Positions 8,161-16,344 of a stretch of DNA of 25,079 nt are shown piece by piece; positions within the stretch are counted from its first letter, which is position 1; each line of letters opens with the position of its first letter. This DNA is from an uncultured Chloroflexia bacterium (lineage in GTDB: Bacteria > Chloroflexota > Limnocylindria > Limnocylindrales > CSP1-4), in the NCBI GenBank assembly GCA_963712745.1, contig CAVQJC010000016.1:1-25079 (forward strand), written 5' to 3'. A program made the translations under genes and the position numbers. Below the pieces are notes generated by a model that worked only from the letters and a program-made list of their open reading frames with translations, was not told where the DNA came from and did no database searches.

Positions 8161-8685
8161 ATGCGCGAGACGACCAAAGCATCGGCCACCGACGTGGACT
8201 GGACGGTCACCGTCACCGAACCGCTTCCCGACTGCCCGAGCGTGGAGGCATGCTGGGAGAAGCTCGCGACCCAGACGACATGGGGCGAATGGAGGTCCGC
8301 GAGCAAGTTGCGCGGAAGCGACGTCACGACCTCGCTCATCCCCCCGGCAACGGAGCCCCTCACGGTGGGCGAGGAGTACGTGGTGCGCGTCGGGAGATTC
8401 ATGCGGATCCGCTGTCGCGTGCTCGAGTCCACTGCCGGTGGCTCCGCCGACGGCACTGACGGAGAAGCGGTCTTCGATGCGCTGGGGCTAGCCCTCGGTG
8501 GTCTCGTCAAGGCCCGCTTCCGGTTCACCGTCTTCCGAGGCGAGGATGGCATCGTCATGGCCCGGGCCCAGGAGCGGATCATGTCGTTGTCCGTGCTCGC
8601 GCCGGCCAGGGAGACGCTCGAGAACGAGCACAGACACACCTTCAGGGACCTCAACGCGAGCTTCCTGCCACCCTCGCGAGCGTAG
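8161..8685 (+). CDS. Hypothetical protein, possibly SRPBCC-like
   Basis: RBS GAAGGGAG; 'EACWEKLATQTTWGEW...PLTVGEEY' resembles an SRPBCC N-terminus. Confidence 0.55.
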   Translation: MRETTKASATDVDWTVTVTEPLPDCPSVEACWEKLATQTTWGEWRSASKLRGSDVTTSLIPPATEPLTVGEEYVVRVGRFMRIRCRVLESTAGGSADGTDGEAVFDALGLALGGLVKARFRFTVFRGEDGIVMARAQERIMSLSVLAPARETLENEHRHTFRDLNASFLPPSRA

Positions 8686-8694
8686 GGAACCCGC

Positions 8695-8895
8695 CCCGCC
8701 GCCAGCTCGAGGTCCGGCGGGTACATCCGGGCCGGCTCGGTCGCGGCCGCCGCCTACGAGCTCGGCATCAGCGAGACGACGGTGCGCCAGCATCTCTCGG
8801 GGCTGTACCGGCGGACGGGCTGCGTGAACGCGGCGCAGGCGGCGTACTGGCTGGGGACGGGCCATCGGCGTCTGCGCACGGCCAGGTTTCCCTGA
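8695..8895 (+). pseudogene. Degenerate second copy of the solo LuxR-type HTH gene
   Basis: RRQLEV / YIRAGSVAAAAYELGISETTVRQHLSGLYRRTGCVNAAQAAYWLG; no start codon, and a 2-nt deletion relative to the copy at 1589. Confidence 0.85.
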
Positions 8896-8970
8896 TTGCT
8901 ACGGCAGCACTTCATCGCATCGCCGGTGGCCACACAAACACGGTCTCACTCGATCGTCATGGCAAGCAGA

Positions 8971-8999
8971 GGCCCCGGCTCGAGGATCGAGCCGGGGCC
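8971..8999 (-). terminator. 13-bp perfect hairpin ending the minus-strand operon
   Basis: GGCCCCGGCTCGA-GGA-TCGAGCCGGGGCC, about 35 nt past stop 9034. Confidence 0.75.
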
Positions 9000-9033
9000 C
9001 CGTCGACCCATCAGAAAGCCGAGGGTGGCGTGA

Positions 9034-9213
9034 CTAGAAGCGGCGACGCCCGGGGGTGACGGCGGCACCGACGACGGCGGCCTTGGCGACGGGAGACGGT
9101 CCCGGCTTGACGGCGGCGCCGACGACGGCGGCCTTGGCCACCGGCGAGGGGCCGGGCTTGACGGCGGCGGTGACGACCGCGGCCTTGGCGACGCGGGATG
9201 GTCGTAGTGGCAT
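9034..9213 (-). CDS. 59-aa basic peptide made of three 17-aa repeats
   Basis: MPLRPSR-VAKAAVVTAAVKPGPSP-VAKAAVVGAAVKPGPSP-VAKAAVVGAAVTPGRRRF. RBS GAAGGAG; synonymous variation between the 51-bp units. Confidence 0.75.
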   Translation of the reverse strand: MPLRPSRVAKAAVVTAAVKPGPSPVAKAAVVGAAVKPGPSPVAKAAVVGAAVTPGRRRF

Positions 9214-9214
9214 A

Positions 9215-9673
9215 TCAGGCTCCTTCTGCCTCGAGTGCCGCGTCGGCTTCGACCGCGGCGATGATGGCCTGGATGGGGATGCGTCCGTCGGCGACCAGCT
9301 GGGCACCGGCGCGGCGCAGGGCCGAGGCGAACGGCGCGGCCCACAGGTTCTCGTAGATGAGCGCGGCCGCCACGCTGCCCGGGGCCATGGCCTCCGCGAG
9401 CGTGACCACATCGTCGGCTGCGAGGGTCTCGGCCAGCTCGGCCTCGATGCGGGCGAACTCGCCGAGGTCGGGCACGTCCGACAGCTCCATCGCGTCGACC
9501 GAGCCATCCTCGTCCTTGACGATGATGACCAGGTCCATGATCCGGATGATGCCGGCGTCATGGAGCCTGAGCAGCTCTGTCGCACCCTCGCCCGTGAAGT
9601 TCTGCTGCCCCTCCGGGAACTCGACGATCAGGTAGTCGACGGGCCCCAGCTCGTCGAGCGTTCTCTCGGTCAT
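9215..9673 (-). CDS. DUF6325 (DUF1269-like) family protein
   Basis: LGPVDYLIVEFP...GIIRIMDL...YENLWAAPFASALRRAGAQLVADGRIP; RBS GGAGGAG. Confidence 0.82.
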   Translation of the reverse strand: MTERTLDELGPVDYLIVEFPEGQQNFTGEGATELLRLHDAGIIRIMDLVIIVKDEDGSVDAMELSDVPDLGEFARIEAELAETLAADDVVTLAEAMAPGSVAAALIYENLWAAPFASALRRAGAQLVADGRIPIQAIIAAVEADAALEAEGA

Positions 9674-9830
9674 GACTCCTCCATCTCGTTGCGGTAGCGT
9701 GGTTCCACAGCCTGGGCCCACGCTCGTCGTGGCGCCCGGCCTGGCCGCGGCCCACGACTTGGTTCGGCTCGGTCTCGTGCTTGCGCCCAGCTGACCGACG
9801 CGGGCCTGTCAGGGCCCACGGGGCGACGGT

Positions 9831-10385
9831 TCAATCGTGTTCGTTCCCCGGGTGAAGCATGCGGCTCTCCCGTGCTGGGAGTTGCAGCCGCTCGCGGTCG
9901 AGCTCGTACGTCCAGGGCAGCCCCGAGTTCTTCCAGCCGTTCTTCATGCGCATGCCATCGAAGACGCTTTCGGGATCCTTGACCTTGGCCCCCTCCATGC
10001 CGTCGAGGATATTGAAGGCCTTGGTGAAGCCGGCCTTGGCCATCATGTCGATGGCCATCGCGGCGCGACCACCGGAGCGGCACGAGACCAGGATCGTCTC
10101 GTCGGGCCGGGCCCAGCGTGTCACCGCCGCCACGAACTCAGGGTTGAGATCCCAGCGGAAGCCCTGCCGCTCGGCATCCCACTCGAAGGACTGGAAAGCG
10201 AACGGGATGTTGACGGCCATCGGGGGATGGCCGACGAAGACATACTCCTCCGGCGTACGGCAGTCGAGGATCTTCAGATCAGGATCGGCCTGCCACATGT
10301 CGTACGCCTCCTTGGCGGTGACGTAGAGCCCAAGGCTCGTCCGCCGCTCCTGGGCGATCGAATCGTCCGGGTGACTGCTGGTCAC
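9831..10385 (-). CDS. Rhodanese-like sulfurtransferase
   Basis: ILDCRTPEEY..VGHP, active loop CRSGGR, NILDGMEG and NGWKNSGLPW. Confidence 0.9.
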   Translation of the reverse strand: MTSSHPDDSIAQERRTSLGLYVTAKEAYDMWQADPDLKILDCRTPEEYVFVGHPPMAVNIPFAFQSFEWDAERQGFRWDLNPEFVAAVTRWARPDETILVSCRSGGRAAMAIDMMAKAGFTKAFNILDGMEGAKVKDPESVFDGMRMKNGWKNSGLPWTYELDRERLQLPARESRMLHPGNEHD

Positions 10386-10648
10386 TCGGCGTCCTTGTCC
10401 GCGTCAGTGACTTCCTGCTTGTCGATGCCGAGCTCGTCCATCGCCTGTGCCAGCTCCTGATCGGTCAGCTCCTCGGGGTCCACACCGGTGTGCTGCTGGA
10501 CCTGCTCGGCCTGCTGCTTGCTCATCTTGTAGGCGCCGAAAGCGAGCATCCCGCCCACCAGCAGCCGGCGGCGACGGCGACGGCGGCGCATCGCTCGCAT
10601 GGCAGGAGCTGGTCCTCGTCCGGGTCCTCTTCGTGGTCCGAGTGGCAT
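10382..10648 (-). CDS. Small hypothetical protein with poly-Arg, short hydrophobic segment and acidic tail
   Basis: MPLGPRRGPGRGP...RRRRRRRRLLVGGMLAFGAYK...PEELTDQELAQAMDELGI; RBS GGAGG; overlaps the rhodanese start. Confidence 0.72.
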   Translation of the reverse strand: MPLGPRRGPGRGPAPAMRAMRRRRRRRRLLVGGMLAFGAYKMSKQQAEQVQQHTGVDPEELTDQELAQAMDELGIDKQEVTDADKDAE

Positions 10649-10718
10649 GGTGGTTTCCTCCGATACGTTGCGTTGGACGACAGGCGACGCAGCCGAGATG
10701 GCTGCGATTGGTCGTCGA

Positions 10719-11906
10719 TTACCCGAGTCGCATTCCCTCGACCTCAAGTCCGCCACCCGAGGGCAGCTTGCTCCAGCTCCGTCGCTCCCATTCCTCCTCG
10801 AGCACTTGCGTTGCCGCCTGCTCCAGGAACTCAGGACGAGCCCACTCGTCGACGTCGAAATCGCTCTTGATGTACCCGTGGCTGTACATGAAGTCCTTGC
10901 CGATCTTGATGCACTGCATGTTCTGCGCGCTCAGGCTCGGCACCATGTCCACGTCCTTGATGCCCTCGTAGGTGTGCTCGGCATCCAGGTAGAACGTCTG
11001 ACGGTTGAGGATCTCACCGGCGGCGTGCTTGTTGCGGTTGGCCCAGAGGCCCACCTTGATCATGGCCCGCATGTAAGCCAGGACGAGCTCGGGATGCTCG
11101 TCGGCCATGACGTCGGAGCAGGTGATGACGGCAGGCGTGTTGGCGACCTGGATGGTCCAGTCCGGGTGCTTGGACAGGTCGAAGATGGCCTTGATCTCGC
11201 CCGTGGCCTCTGAGAGCTGTCCCAGTTGCCCCATCTGGTTGTAGATGGCATCGACGGTCCCGTCGAGCAGTGCCTTCTCGAGCGGACGGAAGGCGTAGTC
11301 GTGCTTGTGGTCACGGCGCAGCCACAGCTCGGACGGGTTGTTCATGGGCACGACGAGCATCTCGGGCTTGTCGTACCAGTCGTCCGGGTACGGGAACTCG
11401 ACGAGCTCGATGTCGTCCATGGTCATGCCGTGGAGCCTGAGCATGTTCTCGATGCCCATGTGCTCCTGGATGCGCCACCAGTCGTTCTTGATGGTGTTCA
11501 GGCTCTTGGTTAGACCGATCTTCTTACCCTTCAGGTCCTGCACCCGGAAGATCTGGTCGCGGGCACGGACCTGCATCACCCCACCCTCGTAGACCCACGT
11601 CGCCCCCAGCAGCACCGTCCGACGCATGTCGGCGTGGACGTGGATCGGCGGGTACAGGCCACCGAAGCGGATGAGGTTGTCGAGGTTGTGGATGTAGTGG
11701 GGGTAGAAGTTGTTCTCGTTGGCGGAGCGGAAGTAGGCGTACTCGACGCCGATCTTCTTGTACTCCTCACGGCACCAGCCCAGCTCCTGGTCCACATTGT
11801 TGGCGGAGACCATGGGGCAGTTGGTGTACCACACCTCGCTCCAGTCGAGAGGGACGGTCGTGGAAACCCTGCCCTCACCGTCAGTGGCTGTGGTCTGAGC
11901 GTTCAT
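10719..11906 (-). CDS. DszB-like desulfinase / SsuA-NMT1 fold protein without signal peptide
   Basis: WYTNCP, HYIHNLDNLIRFGGLYPP, TVLLGAT, DLKGKKIG and C-terminal GYIKSDFDVDEWARPEFL; RBS AAGGAAGG before ATG 11906. Confidence 0.75.
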   Translation of the reverse strand: MNAQTTATDGEGRVSTTVPLDWSEVWYTNCPMVSANNVDQELGWCREEYKKIGVEYAYFRSANENNFYPHYIHNLDNLIRFGGLYPPIHVHADMRRTVLLGATWVYEGGVMQVRARDQIFRVQDLKGKKIGLTKSLNTIKNDWWRIQEHMGIENMLRLHGMTMDDIELVEFPYPDDWYDKPEMLVVPMNNPSELWLRRDHKHDYAFRPLEKALLDGTVDAIYNQMGQLGQLSEATGEIKAIFDLSKHPDWTIQVANTPAVITCSDVMADEHPELVLAYMRAMIKVGLWANRNKHAAGEILNRQTFYLDAEHTYEGIKDVDMVPSLSAQNMQCIKIGKDFMYSHGYIKSDFDVDEWARPEFLEQAATQVLEEEWERRSWSKLPSGGGLEVEGMRLG

Positions 11907-12089
11907 CAGCGCCTTCCTTACTCTGTTGCGACCCAAGCATCGTTCGACGACCGTTCGCACCCGATCACGGTCTCGTCCTCGCAATGTGCGTCGCGTGCCC
12001 GCAGTCCGCATCGGACGAATCGCCCGATGCCTGCCACCGGTGACGGCGCTTGGCTTGGGCCAGCAGGCGCACGGTGAGGAGGATCCAGC

Positions 12090-12489
12090 GTGAAGAGCGT
12101 GCGAGACTGGTCGCGGAGGCCAGCAACAAGATCGAGACATCTCTCCGAACGACGCTCAGGCGGAGCTCGAGGCCGGGACCGCCGTCTTCATCGACGTCCG
12201 CGAGCCGGTGGACTGGCAGGCCATATCGCGGGCGCGGACCAGATCCCGCGGCGGCCTGCTTGAGTTCGTCTCGGACCCCGAGTGTGGACCGCGCTTGCCG
12301 CCCAATCTCAAGTACGACCTGGACCCCACTCGCCGGGTGATCGTGTACTGCGACTCGGGCGCCCGTGGCGCGCTCGCCGCGCACTCGATGCAAGATGTGG
12401 GCTACGAGCGTGTCGCCAGTCTCGATGGCGGGATCACCGCCTGACGGGAAGCAAGGCTGCCCCTCGCAGAGCACCGCAGCGGGCTGTGA
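12090..12489 (+). pseudogene. Rhodanese-domain gene with several frameshifts and an in-frame TGA at the conserved Trp
   Basis: RBS GAGGAGG. Pieces LVAEA, FIDVREP, HIAGA, GLLEF, VIVYCDSGARGALAA and LDGGITA*REARLPL. Confidence 0.8.
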
Positions 12490-12525
12490 CCCGGGGCGCT
12501 CGGGCCCAGCCCAGCCTGCGATCGG

Positions 12526-14880
12526 TCAGTCCTCCGGCGTCCCATGGGCGAGCGGCAGGCTCGGTAGGGGCTCGATCAGGCCCAGCTCGATGGCCCGCTC
12601 GACGGCCTGGCTACGACTGGTGGCCTGAAGCTTGGCGTAGACGGCGATGGCCTGGCTCTTGATGGTGTGCCGCGATAGGGAGAGCCGGCCGGCGATCTCC
12701 TCGAACGTCAGGTAGGTCGAGAGGAACGGCAGCAATCGCAGCTCGGCGGGGGTGAGAGCGGACGAGCCCACGAGCGTCTCGGCCGCGTCGGCCAACTGCC
12801 CTCGAATCTCGTCGAACTCAGCGATGAGCGTCCCCAGAGCCGGGCGCCGTCGAGCGATCCGTTCGGCTTCAGCGACCGTGGCGCGGGCGCCTCCGATATC
12901 CGCGATCGCGAGATAGGCACGCGCGACGTGGAGCAGTGCGCCCAGAGCGAGCCACGGTGTGGCGTAGGTAGCCTCTGCGCGAGCCAGTTGCGCGTGGACG
13001 AGCTCGGCCCGACCTTGTGCCTGGTCTCCCTTATGGATCGCCACGCGTGCCGCGACCGCGTGGACGAGAAGTGACGAGGCGATATCGGCGAGGTTGGTCC
13101 GCTCGAAGGCAGCATGGCTCTCCTGGGTCAGTCGTGCGGCCGACCGCCAGTCCCCCAGGTCGATCGCGTTCGACGCTCGGCTCGCCAGAGCGATGAAGGG
13201 GTTGACATCACTCACCCGCGCCGAGTCGACGGCCTCGATGAAGGCTGTGCCGGCAGCGTCGGTATCGCCCAGCAGCCGGTGCGCCCATCCGAGCAGCACG
13301 AACGCGAACATGCGCCACGGATGACCCGGCTCCTCTTCCGTGGTCGCGATCACCGCGTCCGAGAGCATGGCGGTGGGTCCGCCCCGAGCCATGAACGCGC
13401 GCAGCATCGCCTTCGACGATCGGAACGACGACGCGCCGTCCTCAGGCGCGCCGGTCAGGTCGGACCGCTCCGCGATGTCAGCCATGCGGTCCGCGGCGCC
13501 GGGTCGGCCGTTCAGCGCGTAGATCCAGGCTGCGACGACGGCTAGTGACGGGTGTCGCGCGACCGCCGAGTCGTCGAAGCTGGCGAACCAGCGCTGGAGC
13601 CGATCGTCATGGCCACCGTGATGCATCGACAGGGCCGCGCCCGCGATGAGCCGGGCCGCGTCGTCGACGTCCCCCCCGGCCAGCGCATGCTCGATCGCCA
13701 GCTCCGTGCGTCCGTGGTCCGCGAACCAGGCCGCAGCCCGACGATGAAGCTCGGGCGCCGTTCCCGGCTCACGTCGCTCGAGCTCCGCCGAGAGGAAGTC
13801 ACGCAGCAGCGCGTGGTAGCGAAAGGCCACGTCCGGCCCCTCGACCCGCCCGATGAGCTGGTTCGCGTGGGCCAGCGAACCCAGCCGCTCCTCGGCATGC
13901 GGGACTGCAGCGACGGACTCGGCAAGGCTCGGCTCGACGACTTCGAGGATCGATGTCCGCGTGAGGAGGGCGACGTCGTGGTCGCTCAGACCTCGCTCGA
14001 GCTCAACCCGCAGATACTCAGCGACGTAGCCGACCCCGCCCGAGATGTCGGCTGCGTCCCGGCCCCCGCCGTGTCGTGTGCGTTCGAGGGTCAAGAGGTA
14101 GATCCCGGCAGCCCAGCCCTCGGCCCGCTCGCTCAGGAGCCGGGCCTCGGTCGCATCGAGTGGCTGGCCCATCGCGGACACCAGGGCGAGCGTCTCCTCC
14201 GGGTCGAGCGCGAGGTCCGCACCGCCGAGCTCGAGCAGCGCCTGCCGCGCCCGATACCGCGCCAGCGGCAGATCGAGGTCGACCCTCGCCGCCATTGCGA
14301 CCTGGAAGCCGGGAGGCAGGAGATCGAGGAGCTGAGCCAGGGCATCGAGACAGATCCGATCGGTCAGCTGATGGACGTCATCGAGGACGAGCAGGCCGGG
14401 CTGTTCCCAGCGGGACAGCTCCCAGGCGATCCGCGGCACGGCCGTCGCGAGGACCCGATGTCCATGGACGGCGATAGCAGCTCGCATCGACGCGTCGATC
14501 GGTCGAACCCGGTCGAGTGACGAGGCGACATTCGTGAGAAAGACGCTGGGGTCATTGTCGAGATCGTCGAGCGTCAGCCACGCGACATCCCGTTCCTCCC
14601 GTGCCACCCATCGGGAGAGCAGCACGGTCTTGCCGTAACCGGGTGGTGCAGTGACCGACACGATCGACTTTCGCGGCTCGGCTGTGAGCTGGCGGATGAG
14701 CCGCTCTCGCGGCACGGTCACCGGGGGCGACGTGCGCGGGCGGAACTTGGCCTCGACAAGCGGAAAGGACGGCCGGAAGACCGAGCGACGCTCGCCTCGG
14801 AGCGTGGAGGCTCCAGGACCGGTCACGCCGCTGGTCGGAGACTCGGTGGCTTCGACTGTCCGTCTGGTCTGACCGCTCAC
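12526..14880 (-). CDS. MalT-like LuxR-family regulator (AAA/STAND, TPR-like region, C-terminal HTH)
   Basis: Walker A APPGYGKT, Walker B LLVLDDVH, EGWAAG, FRYHALLR and C-terminal LTPAELRLL...TIKSQAIAVYAKL. Confidence 0.92.
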   Translation of the reverse strand: MSGQTRRTVEATESPTSGVTGPGASTLRGERRSVFRPSFPLVEAKFRPRTSPPVTVPRERLIRQLTAEPRKSIVSVTAPPGYGKTVLLSRWVAREERDVAWLTLDDLDNDPSVFLTNVASSLDRVRPIDASMRAAIAVHGHRVLATAVPRIAWELSRWEQPGLLVLDDVHQLTDRICLDALAQLLDLLPPGFQVAMAARVDLDLPLARYRARQALLELGGADLALDPEETLALVSAMGQPLDATEARLLSERAEGWAAGIYLLTLERTRHGGGRDAADISGGVGYVAEYLRVELERGLSDHDVALLTRTSILEVVEPSLAESVAAVPHAEERLGSLAHANQLIGRVEGPDVAFRYHALLRDFLSAELERREPGTAPELHRRAAAWFADHGRTELAIEHALAGGDVDDAARLIAGAALSMHHGGHDDRLQRWFASFDDSAVARHPSLAVVAAWIYALNGRPGAADRMADIAERSDLTGAPEDGASSFRSSKAMLRAFMARGGPTAMLSDAVIATTEEEPGHPWRMFAFVLLGWAHRLLGDTDAAGTAFIEAVDSARVSDVNPFIALASRASNAIDLGDWRSAARLTQESHAAFERTNLADIASSLLVHAVAARVAIHKGDQAQGRAELVHAQLARAEATYATPWLALGALLHVARAYLAIADIGGARATVAEAERIARRRPALGTLIAEFDEIRGQLADAAETLVGSSALTPAELRLLPFLSTYLTFEEIAGRLSLSRHTIKSQAIAVYAKLQATSRSQAVERAIELGLIEPLPSLPLAHGTPED

Positions 14881-15230
14881 CGGACCACGATACGATGGCA
14901 GGGCAGGCTCGCGCTCCAGAAGGGACGCAGGTCTCTCTTGGGTCGTGGTGTGATACGACCGCTGTAGGCCGCCTCGCTATCGGTTTGGACGCGCGCCGTG
15001 CACCCGATCCACGCACGGACCTCGTCGGGGTGTCGTGCAGCGGTAGAGCACATGCTTGGCATCACGTCCGCAGCCTCGTCACCGATGCCATCGTCATCCC
15101 CTGGCTCGTGGACCCGGGACTGTTCCCCGTCCGCCGGCATGACCGATGATCGCTACCCGCCGGGTCAATGTCGTTGACCCCGGCCGGTCTTGAGGGCTGC
15201 GCGGACGTGATCAGGCATGTCCAAGCGTGG

Positions 15231-15367
15231 TTCAGCCGATAACGTTCAGCTCATGACAAGGCCCTCACCGCATCGGTGAGGGCTCTTCTTCATGCAGGAC
15301 CTACGCCGCATTCCTCTGGACGCATGTCAAGCAAGTGCGCTAACCAGCTGAGCTAGCCGCCCGAGTC
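15231..15367. repeat. Direct repeat copy 2 (att-like: arm, hairpin and 5' half tRNA-Val)
   Basis: 129/137 identical to 1243-1379; hairpin at 15261-15283 is identical. Confidence 0.95.
15322..15362 (-). tRNA. 5' half only of tRNA-Val(GAC), with a D-stem mismatch
   Basis: Same 41 nt as 1334-1374 except position 15339 (D-stem GAGC to GCGC). Confidence 0.88.
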
Positions 15368-15372
15368 AGTTC

Positions 15373-15401
15373 ACGACAGCAAATCCGGCCCCACTCGTCA
15401 T
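15373..15401 (-). promoter_or_regulatory. Degenerate promoter for tRNA half copy 2
   Basis: ATGACG, 17 bp, TGTCGT with extended TG, at exactly the same offsets as copy 1 although the spacer has diverged. Confidence 0.5.
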
Positions 15402-15471
15402 CCCGACATCCTGTTGCAGCTGCCCTGCCGTACGCTCGCGCGATCCGAGCCATCGAAGGTGGCGGCGAGGT

Positions 15472-15731
15472 CTACTCGTCCAGTAGCGAGTCCTCGATCG
15501 CGTCCATGAGCGACTGCAGCTCGTCCTGATAGCCAGTGAATGCTTCAAGCCATCGCTGGCGTTCCGCGTCAGTCATCGGCAGCAACTCGTCGCGAGTCGG
15601 GGTCATCTCTCTTGCGCCCGCAAGCCACTCGGCCTGGCGGTCGAAGCGATAGTCCATCGTCTGTGCCGATCCCTTTCTGGAGAAGCGCGTAGAGGTAGGC
15701 AAGTCCAACACCTCAGCCTGGACGAAGTATA
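15472..15731 (-). pseudogene. 3' remnant of an unknown gene cut by the IS3 end
   Basis: Protein-like frame YFVQAEVLDLP...MDYRFDRQAEWL...QSLMDAIEDSLLDE* begins at the IS3 terminal repeat. Confidence 0.45.
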
Positions 15732-16072
15732 GGAAGTGCCACAGGGTTTCGTGGAGACCCTGATCGTAGGGTTCAGGCGGCCGAGGCCACCTGCTGCGTG
15801 GCCCAGTATGCGGGCTCGTACTCGGCAGGTGGGATGTCGCCGCAGGCGCCATGGAGGCGCCGCGTGTTCCACTGGTGGACCCAGCGCGCGGTCGCGGCCT
15901 CCACGTCCTCGACGGAGCGCCAAGGACCCCGGCGGTTGATGAGCTCGGCCTTGTAGAGGCCGTTGACGGTCTCGGCGAGCGTGTTGTCGTAGCTGTCACC
16001 CTTCGACCCCACGGAGCTCACGACGCCGGCGTCGGCGAGGCGCTCGGTGTAACGGATCGCAAGGTATTGCTT
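15732..16072 (-). mobile_element. IS3-family remnant (OrfB C-terminus and right inverted repeat)
   Basis: QYLAIRYTERLADAG..SVGSKGDSYDNTLAETVNGLYKAELI..GPW..WNTRRLH...IPPAEYE. IR-like GGAAGTGCCACAGGGTTTCGTGGAGAC at 15732-15758 (canonical TG end altered). Confidence 0.9.
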
Positions 16073-16200
16073 GGGTTCAAGGAGTCGTCGCAACACCGCT
16101 GTCTTGCTGGACCGAGTGTAGGTGCTCGTCGAGGACCTCCGCTGGCGTCTTCCAGCCGAGGGTCTTGCGGGGTCTGGCGTTCAGCGCTGCCGCGACCGCG
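16073..16200 (-). mobile_element. IS30-family remnant (transposase C-terminus and right end)
   Basis: AVAAALNARPRKTLGWKTPAEVL...GVATTP* ending in GTTGCGACGACTCCTTGAACCC. Confidence 0.88.
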
Positions 16201-16278
16201 AGGATGGGCGTCATCAGCGGTGCCACGAGCATGGCCTGCCCCGACGACCACCGCGGCACTATCGTTGACGAGCCGATT
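16198..16278 (-). pseudogene. Short fragment of a DUF389 membrane protein gene
   Basis: LVNDSAAVVVGA / AMLVAPLMTPIL is the DUF389 signature (DSxAVVIGAMLxAPLMxPI), split by an indel. Confidence 0.7.
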
Positions 16279-16344
16279 CGGCGTCATCTCATCAGCTGTC
16301 CGCAGGAGCCCGGTCGATCGGGTCCCCGTTGTCGAGCCCGCTGG

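Noticed and set aside
9050-9195. CRISPR-like array
   Set aside because: The 51-bp units are contiguous with no unique spacers, vary at third codon positions, and no cas genes are present; this is a coding repeat.
12442-12444. Selenocysteine or Trp recoding of the in-frame TGA in the rhodanese
   Set aside because: It aligns with the conserved Trp of GGxxAW, not a Cys. TGA is the normal stop throughout the window, and the gene has other lesions.
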